Shown: one piece after another, positions 27,003-40,459 of the stretch
Layout of the letters: each line of letters starts with the position of its first letter
Numbering within the stretch: position 1 is the first letter of the stretch
From: an uncultured Alphaproteobacteria bacterium
GTDB taxonomy: Bacteria; Pseudomonadota; Alphaproteobacteria; ATCC43930; CGMCC-115725
DNA length: 64,000 bases
Direction of reading: 5' to 3'
NCBI GenBank assembly: GCA_963703855.1
Contig: CAVPFW010000023.1
Location: 42,961-106,960 of the forward strand
Notes under the pieces: generated by a model
The model's database searches: none
What the model saw: the letters and a program-made list of their open reading frames with translations, nothing else
Told to the model about the DNA's origin: nothing
Position numbers and translations under genes: made by a program

Positions 27003-27221
27003 TCAGTCGCGGCGGGCGGCGCGCACCACGTTTTCGCACAGGATCAGGGCAAAGCCGGCGAACAGCGCGATCGCGCCGAGGCGCGGCGTGCTCTGCCACC
27101 ACGGCCGGGTCGCCGCGGCGATCGCGATCCAAACGACGAGCGCCGCCGTGAACCGCGCATCCTCGACGAACAGGCCGAGGATCTCGTGCCCGATTGCTCT
27201 GAGCCGCATCATCCGAAACAT
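27003..27221 (-). CDS. Small two-TM membrane protein (72 aa), downstream partner of the preceding membrane protein
   Basis: MFRMMRLRAIGHEILGLFVEDARFTAALVVWIAIAAATRPWWQSTPRLGAIALFAGFALILCENVV. It starts 3 nt after the upstream stop. Confidence 0.45.
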   Translation of the reverse strand: MFRMMRLRAIGHEILGLFVEDARFTAALVVWIAIAAATRPWWQSTPRLGAIALFAGFALILCENVVRAARRD

Positions 27222-27224
27222 TCC

Positions 27225-27980
27225 TCAAGCCGCTGGCGCCAGCGCCGCCCGGCGGATGCGGCGGATCGCCCCGACCAAGAGCAGCGAAGCGGCCAGGAAG
27301 CCCGCGATCAGCCCGAGCACGGACAGATCGCCGCCCGGCCAGTCGACGCCGTAGCCTTCGCCGATCCAGAACGTGCCAAAGCTCGACAGCATGACCCCGA
27401 CGGCGAATTTGAGCGCATTTTCCGGGACCCGCGCCAGCGGCTGGTGCAGCGCGAGGCCGATCGCCGCCACCAGCGCCGCGGCGGCGAGCGCGCCCACCGT
27501 CGCCGGGACCAGGGCGCCGCCGACCGCACCCACCGCGATGACGATGAACACGACCTCGATCCCTTCCAGGGTCACCGCCTTGAAGCTGGTCGCGACGCCG
27601 ATCGGGTCCCATCCGCGACTTTCGCCGGGCGCACTCCGCAACGCCCCGGTCTCGTTCGCGTAATTGGCCGCTTCGTCGCGCAGCGCGATGACCCCGCCGG
27701 CGCGCAGCACCGCCTTGCGCAGCCAGCGCATGCCGAACAGCAGCAGCAGGATGCCGATCGCGGTCTGCAGCCATGCGAGCGGGATCAGCCCGAGCCCGGC
27801 CCCGAAGACCGCGACGAGCACGGCCAGCAGCACCCCCGCCAACCCGGCGCCGATCAACGCCGGCCGCCATCCGCGCACCGCACCCACCGCCAGCACGATC
27901 GTCAGCGCCTCGACGCATTCGACCGAGGAGGCCAGGAAAGAGGCCAGCAGGGCCGGGCCCGAATGCGCAACATTAATCAT
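27225..27980 (-). CDS. Polytopic membrane protein with an internal duplication (COG4280-like; GDT1/UPF0016-like architecture)
   Basis: Internal ATG at 27980. The two halves each begin with an acidic motif preceding a TM pair (SSVECVEALTIVLAVGA and VTLEGIEVVFIVIAVGA). Confidence 0.6.
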   Translation of the reverse strand: MINVAHSGPALLASFLASSVECVEALTIVLAVGAVRGWRPALIGAGLAGVLLAVLVAVFGAGLGLIPLAWLQTAIGILLLLFGMRWLRKAVLRAGGVIALRDEAANYANETGALRSAPGESRGWDPIGVATSFKAVTLEGIEVVFIVIAVGAVGGALVPATVGALAAAALVAAIGLALHQPLARVPENALKFAVGVMLSSFGTFWIGEGYGVDWPGGDLSVLGLIAGFLAASLLLVGAIRRIRRAALAPAA

Positions 27981-28142
27981 CGTCGGCGATCCTGCTGGGG
28001 GGACGACACAGAGCAAAGATAGTGTGCCGCCCCGCCTGGACAAATGAACCTGAGATGACCGGCGCGGCCGAGGGCCGGCCTTGATCGCGCATCCAAGGTC
28101 AGGACCAGGGCGCGGCGCAGCGCGGCGGCGCCGGATCGGGTC

Positions 28143-30503
28143 TCAATCTCGACCATTGCCGTGGATGGCGCGCCAGACGCGCTCGGGGGTCGCCGGCATC
28201 TCGATATGGGTCACCTCGAACTCGGCGAGCGCATCGACGACCGCGTTGACGACGGCGCCGAGCGCCGGGGTGGTGCCGCCTTCGCCGGCCGGGCGGATGC
28301 CGAGCGGATGGGTCGGGGTCGGCACCTCGCTCAATTCGGTCGCGAAAAAGGGCAGGGTGTCGGCGTGCGGCAATGCGTAATCCATCAGCGAGCCGGTCAA
28401 CAGCTGGCCGCTCTGCGGGTCATAGACGCATTGCTCGCTGAGCGCCTGGCCGATCCCCTGGACGATACCGCCATGCACCTGGCCGTGGACGATCATCGGG
28501 TTGACCGCGCGGCCGACATCGTCGACCGCCGAGTAGCGCATCAGCTCGACAACCCCGGTCTCGGGATCGATCTCGACCTCGCAGACATGGCAGCCATAAG
28601 GGAAGGCGGCGAGATTGACGGTCTCGTCGCTCTCGGCGCTGAGCGGCCCGCCCAGCTCGTCGGGCAGATCGTTGCGCCGCAAGGCCTCGGCCGCAACCTC
28701 GAATATTCCGATCGAGCGGTCGGTGCCCTTGACCGCAAAGCGCCCGTCGGCGAATTCGAGATCGGTCGCGGCGGCCTCCAGGACGTGCCCCGCGATCCTG
28801 AGGCCGCGGGCGACGATGTCGCGCGAGGCGTTCAGCATGACGATGCTCGCCAGCCGCAGGGCGCGGCCGGAATGCGAGCCGCCGCCGACCGACACCCGGT
28901 CGGTGTCGCCGGTGACAAAGCGCACCGCGTCGAGTGGCACGCCGAGCCACTCGGTCACCAGCTGCGCAAAGCTGGTCTCATGGCCCTGGCCGTTGGAGAC
29001 CGTGCCGAGGACGATTTCGACGACCCCCTCGGGCAATATCGTCATCTCGGCGCGCTCGCGCGGGGTGCCGGTCGCGGTGTCGACGTAGTTGGCGACGCCG
29101 ATGCCGCGGCATCTGCCGCGCATTCCGGCCGCGGTGCGGCGCGCGGGGAAGCCGGCCCAGTCGGCAAGCTCCAGCACCCGCTCCATTACGTTATGGTATT
29201 CGCCGCTGTCGTAGATCATGCCGAACGGGTTGGTGTACGGCATCGCCGTTTCGGGCACGAGGTTGCGGCGGCGCAACTCCAGCCGGTCGAACCCGCATTG
29301 CCGGGCGGCGCGGTCGATCAGCCGTTCCATGACAAAAATGACCTCCGGGCGCCCGGCGCTGCGATAGGGGCGGGTCGGGACCGTGTTGGTCATCGCCGCG
29401 CGCGCACGGAAATGCACCTCCGGCACGTGATAGATGCTGGACATGATCTCGACGCCCTTGACCAGCGGCCCGAAGGCGATCGGGTAGGCGCCGACATTAG
29501 AGAGGTTCGAGCCGCGCATCGCCAGGAAATTGCCGCGCGCGTCGAGCGCGAGCTCGGCGGCGACCGCCAGGTCGCGCGCCTGATAATCGCACAGAAATGC
29601 TTCGTGCCGCTCGCAAATCCATTTGACCGGCCGGCCGACCCGCCGCGCCGCCCAGGCGACCAGCGCGAATTCCGGGTTGAACGCACCGCGGGTGCCGAAA
29701 TTGCCGCCGACCTCGTGCATGACGACGCGGATCTTGTCCTCCGGGACGTCGAGGATCTTCGCCAACTCCTGCTTGGGCCGCACCGCGCCGCCGATCCCGG
29801 CATAGAGCGTGTACCGCCCGGTGTCGCGGTCGTAGATGCCGGTCGCCGCGCGCGGCTCCATCGGCACGCCCACGATGCGCTGCACCCAGGTGTCGAGCGC
29901 GACGATGTGAGCCGCCCCGGCAAAGGCGGCCTCGGTCGCGACGCGGTCGCCGATCTCGGCGTCGAGGCTGACGTTGGAAGGGGTATCCCCTCGTGCGCGC
30001 GGTGCATCGGGCATGACCGCCGCCGGCGCATGGGTCACCGCGGGCAGCGCCTCGTAATCGACGGCGACCAGCTCGGCCGCGTCCTTGGCCGCGGCGAGGG
30101 TCGTGGCGACCGCCATCGCGACGATCTCTCCCGCGTGGTATGCCTCGTCCGCCGTCATCGGAAAATGCGCCGGCACGACGGTCGGCGAGCCGTCGCTGTT
30201 GACGAGGGTGATGTCGGCTGGGTGCCTGGTGCCGACCGAATGCGGGATCGCCCGCAGCCCGTCGGCCAGCAGATCGCGCCCGGTCAACACCGCCAGCACC
30301 CCCGGCGCTGCTCGCGCCGTCGAGCTGTCGATCGCGCGGATCAACGCGTGCGCGTGCGGCGACCGCACCATCGCCGCATAAGCCTGGCCGGGGAAATTGA
30401 AATCGTCGCCGTAGCAGCCCTTCCCGGTCAGCAGCCGATGGTCTTCCCGCCGCCGCACCGGCCGCCCAATCCCGGTTCTGCCGAAGCCTGCCCGCATGTT
30501 CAT
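28143..30503 (-). CDS. Molybdopterin-binding large subunit of the xanthine dehydrogenase / CoxL family (form II-like, not a bona fide CO dehydrogenase)
   Basis: GIGRPVRRREDHRLLTGKGCYGDD..., the active-site loop region VPTRPYRSAGRPE (resembling the form II AYRGAGR motif rather than the form I AYXCSFR motif), and ...GEGGTTPALGAVVNAV. 786 aa. Confidence 0.85.
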   Translation of the reverse strand: MNMRAGFGRTGIGRPVRRREDHRLLTGKGCYGDDFNFPGQAYAAMVRSPHAHALIRAIDSSTARAAPGVLAVLTGRDLLADGLRAIPHSVGTRHPADITLVNSDGSPTVVPAHFPMTADEAYHAGEIVAMAVATTLAAAKDAAELVAVDYEALPAVTHAPAAVMPDAPRARGDTPSNVSLDAEIGDRVATEAAFAGAAHIVALDTWVQRIVGVPMEPRAATGIYDRDTGRYTLYAGIGGAVRPKQELAKILDVPEDKIRVVMHEVGGNFGTRGAFNPEFALVAWAARRVGRPVKWICERHEAFLCDYQARDLAVAAELALDARGNFLAMRGSNLSNVGAYPIAFGPLVKGVEIMSSIYHVPEVHFRARAAMTNTVPTRPYRSAGRPEVIFVMERLIDRAARQCGFDRLELRRRNLVPETAMPYTNPFGMIYDSGEYHNVMERVLELADWAGFPARRTAAGMRGRCRGIGVANYVDTATGTPRERAEMTILPEGVVEIVLGTVSNGQGHETSFAQLVTEWLGVPLDAVRFVTGDTDRVSVGGGSHSGRALRLASIVMLNASRDIVARGLRIAGHVLEAAATDLEFADGRFAVKGTDRSIGIFEVAAEALRRNDLPDELGGPLSAESDETVNLAAFPYGCHVCEVEIDPETGVVELMRYSAVDDVGRAVNPMIVHGQVHGGIVQGIGQALSEQCVYDPQSGQLLTGSLMDYALPHADTLPFFATELSEVPTPTHPLGIRPAGEGGTTPALGAVVNAVVDALAEFEVTHIEMPATPERVWRAIHGNGRD

Positions 30504-30613
30504 TCATCCGCAATGGCGATCCGTTTAACAATCATGATAGCTGGACACCGGGTTGCGCAGAAAGTGCTGGCGCGCCCATATGGCTATGATCGTGTGACCA
30601 TGGATGGAATTGA

Positions 30614-30778
30614 ATGACCAATGACATTCGGCGCATTCCCGCGGCTCATTTCAAGACCAATTGTCTGAGGCTGATGGACGAGGTGTCGCAACAGCGCAAG
30701 CCGATCGTCATCACCAAAAGAGGAAAGCCGGTTGCTAAGCTGGTTGGAGACGCGGATATGACGAAGTTATTAGTCTAG
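30614..30778 (+). CDS. Phd/YefM-type antitoxin, short (54 aa; C-terminal toxin-binding part apparently missing)
   Basis: Not in the ORF track (<60 aa). MTNDIRRIPAAHFKTNCLRLMDEVSQQRKPIVITKRGKPVAKLVGDADMTKLLV*. The xxITKxGKPVAKLV core is the Phd/YefM N-terminal fold. Full-length members have about 75-90 aa. Confidence 0.5.
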   Translation: MTNDIRRIPAAHFKTNCLRLMDEVSQQRKPIVITKRGKPVAKLVGDADMTKLLV

Positions 30779-30960
30779 AAACAGCAATCGAGAACGTTCG
30801 GGAGCTGTCGGAAGCCGATCAGGATGAGGCAGCCGAGATGCTCCTCTCGATCGCATCGAAGCGCGGTGGAGCCGTCCGACTTGACGCCGAGACCCGGGCA
30901 GCCATCCGCGAAGGCAGCGCGCAGCCAACGCGCGGCGAGTTTGCAAGCGATAAGGGGTAG
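30739..30960 (+). pseudogene. Second antitoxin-like fragment without a start codon
   Basis: Frame 1, open from 30739, reads ...ISLETAIENVRELSEADQDEAAEMLLSIASKRGGAVRLDAETRAAIREGSAQPTRGEFASDKG*. The ending (IxEGxAQxxRGEFASD) resembles C-terminal ends I recall from antitoxin/stability proteins. There is no ATG/GTG in frame, and it overlaps the end of the Phd ORF in another frame. Confidence 0.3.
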
Positions 30961-31199
30961 CCTTATCCAACGCTCTCATTGCGCTTGCGGGCACCTCGCC
31001 GCGCTCGCTGAATCTCGGGCTCGATGGCGCCAAGATCGAGCAAGCGGCCGAATCCGGTGCGCTCAGCACACAATGACGAGCCGATAGCGATCGGTCCAGG
31101 CTACGGAACGGCCGGCAAAGAATTCGTTGCGGGTTCGAGGTCAATGTGGCGCGCGTCCTCCCGTTCGGCACGCGCCAGCGACACCCCAGCCGCTTTAAG

Positions 31200-32651
31200 T
31201 CACCGCGGCAAGAGGCTCGTGCCGATCAGGAATTCGTCGATGGCGCGGGCGCATTGGCGGCCTTCGCGGATGGCCCAGACGACCAGGGACTGGCCGCGGC
31301 GCATGTCGCCGGCGGCGAAGACCTTGGCGAGCGAGGTGCGGTAGTCGATCGTGCTGGCGCGGACGTTGCCGCGCGGGTCGAGGGCGACGCCCGATTGCTC
31401 GATCATGCCCGGCCTGCGCGGGCCGAGGAAACCCATCGCCAACAGCACCAGATCGGCCTTCAAGGTGAAGGTGCTGCTCGGGACCTCCTGCATTGCGAAC
31501 CGCCCGTCCGGGTTTTTGGCCCATTCGACGCGGACGCATTCGAGCGCCGCGACCCGGCCGCCCTCGCCCAATGCCCGCCTGGTCAACACCGCCCAGTCGC
31601 GCTCGCAACCTTCTTCCTGCGAGGAGGAGGTGCGCAGCTTCAGCGGCCAATCGGGCCAGGTCAGCGGCTTGTCTTCGTGCTCGGGCGGTTTCGGCAGAAT
31701 TTCGAGCTGGGTGACCGAGGCCGCACGCTGGCGCACAGAGGTGCCGATGCAGTCCGAGCCGGTGTCGCCGCCGCCGATCACCACGACGTGTCGGCCGTTG
31801 GCGGCGATCGTTCCATTGGGCGCGGCGCGCTCCTCGCCGTCGCCGGCGTTGCGCTTGTTCTGCTGCGGCAGGAAATCCATCGCAAAATGGATGCCGCCGA
31901 GCTCGCGCCCGGCCACTTCGAGATCGCGCGGCATCTCGGCGCCGCCGGTCATCGCCACCGCGTCGAATTCCGCGATCAGCGCCGCCATGTCGACATCGAC
32001 GCCGATTTCGATTTCGGTGCGGAAGACCACGCCCTCGGCCATCATCTGCGCGGCGCGCCGGTCGATCAGCCGTTTCTCCATCTTGAAATCGGGGATGCCG
32101 TAACGCAGCAGGCCGCCGATGCGGTCGCTCTTTTCGAAGACGGTCACCGCGTGGCCGGCGCGCGCGAGCTGCTGGGCGCAGGCGAGCCCCGCCGGTCCCG
32201 AGCCGACCACGGCGACCTGCCTGCCGGTGCGCTGGGCGGGCACGACCGGCTCGATCCAGCCCTCGGCCCAGCCGCGGTCGACGATCGCGCATTCGATCGT
32301 CTTGATCGTGACCGGGTTGTCGTCGATGTTGAGGGTGCACGCCGCCTCGCACGGCGCCGGGCAGACGCGGCCGGTGAATTCCGGGAAATTATTGGTCGAG
32401 TGCAACGCCTTCAGCGCAGTCTGCCACTGATCGCGATAGACGAGGTTGTTCCAGTCCGGGATCAGATTGTTGACCGGGCATCCTTCGTGGCAGAACGGGA
32501 TGCCGCAATCCATGCAGCGCGCCGCCTGCTTGCGGGTTTCGGGATCGGGCAGCGGCTTGACGAACTCGTTCCAGCTGCGGCGGCGAATGTCCGGCTTTTC
32601 ATAAGGCCGCTCGCGGCGCTCGATCTCGAGAAAGCCGGTGGGCCTAGCCAT
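31200..32651 (-). CDS. gltD: Glutamate synthase (NADPH) small subunit
   Basis: [30 protein letters not shown]...[22 protein letters not shown]...[22 protein letters not shown]...[11 protein letters not shown]. Confidence 0.92.
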   Translation of the reverse strand: MARPTGFLEIERRERPYEKPDIRRRSWNEFVKPLPDPETRKQAARCMDCGIPFCHEGCPVNNLIPDWNNLVYRDQWQTALKALHSTNNFPEFTGRVCPAPCEAACTLNIDDNPVTIKTIECAIVDRGWAEGWIEPVVPAQRTGRQVAVVGSGPAGLACAQQLARAGHAVTVFEKSDRIGGLLRYGIPDFKMEKRLIDRRAAQMMAEGVVFRTEIEIGVDVDMAALIAEFDAVAMTGGAEMPRDLEVAGRELGGIHFAMDFLPQQNKRNAGDGEERAAPNGTIAANGRHVVVIGGGDTGSDCIGTSVRQRAASVTQLEILPKPPEHEDKPLTWPDWPLKLRTSSSQEEGCERDWAVLTRRALGEGGRVAALECVRVEWAKNPDGRFAMQEVPSSTFTLKADLVLLAMGFLGPRRPGMIEQSGVALDPRGNVRASTIDYRTSLAKVFAAGDMRRGQSLVVWAIREGRQCARAIDEFLIGTSLLPR

Positions 32652-32689
32652 CGGACGAAACTCGGCGTTGCCCTCAGCCCGACCCGACC

Positions 32690-32828
32690 CCCACCCATTC
32701 CCTCCCCCGCACGCGGGGGAGGGTGGGAGGGGGCTGGGTCCCTCCCTCTCCCCGCTCGCGCGGGGCGAGGGGATCGAACGGCGCGCTCCCTCGCCCCGCT
32801 TGCGGGGAGAGGGCCGGGGTGAGGGGCC
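32690..32828. repeat. Cluster of three REP family 1 hairpins in the gltB-gltD intergenic spacer
   Basis: The hairpins are CCCTCCCCCGC-ACGC-GGGGGAGGG (32700-32723), CTCTCCCCGC-TCGC-GCGGGGCGAGGGG (about 32746-32771) and CTCCCTCGCCCCGC-TTGC-GGGGAGAGGG (about 32786-32813). Flanking CCCACCC/GGGTGGG and GGGGTGAGGGG arms are present. The core is shared with 4991-5077. Confidence 0.7.
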
Positions 32829-32846
32829 GGCTACGGAAGAAGCACG

Positions 32847-37505
<4,659 letters not shown>

Positions 37506-37709
37506 CGCGGATGCTCTTCACCTGACATTGTTTCACGAATTGCGTCGACGCGTCCGTAAGCGGCGGCGCATACGCGATAATAGGCATGTCCAGGCGTGCG
37601 AATCGAGGCTTAATGTCGGCCGCCTCGTCGATCTTTTCGGGAGAAATCCGGGCGGAAGCCGATTTTGGCAGGAATGCCGGAGAACGGGATGCGGGCGCCC
37701 GCCTCCCTC

Positions 37710-37758
37710 GGTCGCGGCACGCCCGGAACGGTCGTGCCGCGACCGGGGACACATTTTT
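37710..37758 (+). other. Strong GC-rich stem-loop followed by a T5 tract, in the 535-bp gltB upstream region
   Basis: GGTCGCGGCACG (37710-37721) pairs perfectly with CGTGCCGCGACC (37733-37744) across an 11-nt loop. GGGGACACA then TTTTT (37754-37758) follows on the plus strand. Its function (terminator of an unannotated plus-strand transcript, or a gltB leader element) is undetermined. Confidence 0.3.
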
Positions 37759-38041
37759 GACTCACCATACAACCAGCGATTTGACCCGTATACAGGTACC
37801 AAACCTTAGCGTAAAAGGACCCCCCGTTATTTATCGACCATCGGGCTCCTCGGTGTCGGGCGCGCCCAGCGAAGGGACAGCGCACCCGGAACCGGACACT
37901 CAGAGCTAGCTGCAGACAGCGACCGAAGGACCCACCAGCGTTTTGGCGCGCATTCTCAGCGGACCGGGAGCCCCGCGACCGCGAAGGCAAGCCGCGCGCC
38001 AACGACGCGGAATCTGGTCTGAATTGGAGTAGGACAATAAA

Positions 38042-40450
38042 ATGATACGCTGCGTTATCGTGTTCAGCATGCTTGCGACACTGCTTTGGGGCGCCCCGCC
38101 ATTCGCTCTATTCCCAAAGGCCCAGGCCAGTGTCGACCCAACCCTCCACGGGCATCCGCCGCCCCCTCCTCCTACCGGTTCCCCGGTCGATACGATCACA
38201 ATCTCCAACCAGAGCGGCCTCGCCATCAGCAACTACCCGCTGCAGTTCGGCCGACCGTTCGTCGACGGCGCGATCGCCGACCAGCCGCAGGTGCTGATAT
38301 CGGGGAGCCCGGTCACGACCCAGGCCGATGTCAAGAACCGTTACCCGGACGGCTCGGTCGAATTCGCCGTCGTCGCAATCGTGATCCCGACCCTGCCGGC
38401 CAGCGGATACTTGACCCTGACCTTTCGCGACCAGGCCTCCGGCAACAACACCCCGCTGACCCAGGCGCAGATGCTGGACCCAGCCTACAATTTCGACGCG
38501 GCGATCACCTTTACCCCAAAATTGGGCATACCCCTGACCGTCAGCGCCCGCACCATGCTGCAGAACGGCGATTACAAGCTGTGGACCTCGGGCCCGGTGG
38601 CGCAGACCGTCATCCTCGGCGACGACACGGCAGCGCGCCGCTACGACATCGGGTTTGGCGGCGGGTTCCACCCGCTGCGCGCGCGCTTCTATGCGACTTT
38701 CTGGCCGGCGACGCACCAGGTCGCGGTGCGGGCCGTGGCCGAAAGCGGACTGACCACTGAATATGAGGACGCTGCCTACAAGGTGACGATCACCGCCGGA
38801 CGGGCGGCGCCGGCGACGGTGTATTCGGCCGACCTCTCCGGGACCCAGACGACGGACCCGAAGCTCCACTGGGCCGGAAGCGCATGGACGCAGCGCTTTT
38901 GGCTGCCCAATGGCGGGACGCCGTCGGCGCAGGTCGACATCGACAACAACCTCGCCTACCTGGCCTCGACCCGGTTTGTGCCGCATTACGACACCTCGGT
39001 TGCGATCACGCCGAGTGCGGTGGCGGCCGAATACGCGCTATGGACCGGCAAGCCGCACGACCTTTATGACGGGGTGTGGGACGGCGGGCTGTGGACCAAC
39101 TACATGGGCACGCCCGGCGCGCGGCAGGACATCAGCCCCTATCCGACCTGGACCGCGCTGTGGCTCTACACCGGCGACTGGCGGATGCGGCAGATGGCGC
39201 TGGGGATGGCCGATTTGGCCGCGGCGTGGCCCTATCATGCCCGCGAGACCGACCCGATCCGGAACCTGCTGCGCACCGACGCTCCCGGCGCCGGAACCGG
39301 TCTGGGCCTCCCGTTCTCGATCGTCGGCCGGCCGGGGATCGATACCTGGAACAGCAACGGCACGATCAGCGACGCTTTCACCGTTGTCGGGCCGGTCGCG
39401 ACCTCGAACCCTTGGGCCTATGAAGCTTCACACGAGCCGGCGCCGTTCTATCCGCAATATCTGCTGAGCGGCGATCCGTGGTATCTCGGCGAGATGGAGT
39501 TCCTGGCCAATTGGGACGCGGGCCGCTACCCGCCGGGCAACTGCAGCTATTGCCAGCGCGGTCCGGACGGCACCTATGGCGGGATCGGCGACGAACTGCG
39601 CGGCGCCGGCTGGGTGATCCGCAGCCGCGCCGAGGCGGCCTTTGCCGCGCCCGACCGCGACCCGGAGAAGACCTATCTCCAAAGCTTGGTCGACGATGCG
39701 CTGGCGCGCTGGGAAGGTGGCTTCGGCATCGCCGGGACCATCTATGACGGCACGGTGATGAAGAATTGGGGGGCGGGCCTCGGCGACTATTATACCCTCA
39801 ACAGCGGGCCGGACTCCACCAAGGTCCCGACCCTGCATTATTGGGAGAGCAACGGCAACCCCACCAACGACAATTCGCTGGTCGACAGCGACACGGCGGC
39901 CGGGTGGTTCCGGCCCGGAGCGGTCGGCTCGGTCACCGACCCGTGGATGCAGTGGTATACCCAGTACTGCCTCGGGCGCGCCGCCGAACTGGGGTTCGCC
40001 GCAGCACCGCTGGCGCAATGGTCCGGGCAATGGCTGACCGGCCTGATCAACAGCTCCGGCTTGCCGATCGGCATCACCTTTTACGAGGTTCCGGCCGAGG
40101 CCAAGGGCGGCGGCTTCCCGGCGACCTATGCAGCGTGGCTCGCCCTGTTCAACCCGGCCTACCTGACCGGCGCCGGGTGGAACCCGTCGCTCGGGGTCGA
40201 CCTGCCGCAATACTTTGCGAACAACCTCTATGCGCAGGGCCGCCCGGCCTACGCGATGGCGGCGCTCGCCCTGCTGGTCGACCAGGGCGCCGCGGGCGCG
40301 GCCCAGGCGTGGATGTGGATGGACGCCAACGTGCGCCGGCCGATCGCCGCGGCGACCGCGGGGGCACCGTTCTCGCAGGACCCGTCCTGGGCGATCGTGC
40401 CGCGCACCGATACGAACGCGTTGCCGCCGCAGCCGACCGCGCCGCAATAG
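38042..40450 (+). CDS. Large secreted protein (802 aa), unknown function
   Basis: The signal peptide is MIRCVIVFSMLATLLWGAPPFALFPKAQA, followed by a polyproline linker HGHPPPPPPTG. The N-terminal third looks beta-rich. The C-terminal two-thirds are Trp/Tyr-rich and probably helical (WPYHARE, GDPWYLGEMEFLANWD, WMQWYTQYCLGRAAELGF). I recognise no family. Confidence 0.75.
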   Translation: MIRCVIVFSMLATLLWGAPPFALFPKAQASVDPTLHGHPPPPPPTGSPVDTITISNQSGLAISNYPLQFGRPFVDGAIADQPQVLISGSPVTTQADVKNRYPDGSVEFAVVAIVIPTLPASGYLTLTFRDQASGNNTPLTQAQMLDPAYNFDAAITFTPKLGIPLTVSARTMLQNGDYKLWTSGPVAQTVILGDDTAARRYDIGFGGGFHPLRARFYATFWPATHQVAVRAVAESGLTTEYEDAAYKVTITAGRAAPATVYSADLSGTQTTDPKLHWAGSAWTQRFWLPNGGTPSAQVDIDNNLAYLASTRFVPHYDTSVAITPSAVAAEYALWTGKPHDLYDGVWDGGLWTNYMGTPGARQDISPYPTWTALWLYTGDWRMRQMALGMADLAAAWPYHARETDPIRNLLRTDAPGAGTGLGLPFSIVGRPGIDTWNSNGTISDAFTVVGPVATSNPWAYEASHEPAPFYPQYLLSGDPWYLGEMEFLANWDAGRYPPGNCSYCQRGPDGTYGGIGDELRGAGWVIRSRAEAAFAAPDRDPEKTYLQSLVDDALARWEGGFGIAGTIYDGTVMKNWGAGLGDYYTLNSGPDSTKVPTLHYWESNGNPTNDNSLVDSDTAAGWFRPGAVGSVTDPWMQWYTQYCLGRAAELGFAAAPLAQWSGQWLTGLINSSGLPIGITFYEVPAEAKGGGFPATYAAWLALFNPAYLTGAGWNPSLGVDLPQYFANNLYAQGRPAYAMAALALLVDQGAAGAAQAWMWMDANVRRPIAAATAGAPFSQDPSWAIVPRTDTNALPPQPTAPQ

Positions 40451-40459
40451 GTCCACCCG

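Noticed and set aside
30961-31199. A toxin gene remnant downstream of the antitoxin fragments.
   Set aside because: I translated all six frames by hand. None shows PIN, RelE/ParE, Doc or HipA-like motifs, and the ORFs are short and interrupted.
32690-32828. A CRISPR-like array, suggested by the repeated GC-rich palindromes here and at 55.4 and 56.8-57.6 kb.
   Set aside because: The units are imperfect palindromes of differing sequence. They are not separated by uniform-length unique spacers, and there are only 2-3 copies. They match dispersed REP-type elements, and no cas genes are present.
37710-37758. Calling the 12-bp hairpin plus T5 a confident rho-independent terminator.
   Set aside because: The T tract is separated from the stem by 9 nt, and no upstream plus-strand gene or promoter is evident. 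On the minus strand it has no T tract at all. I report it only as a structured element.
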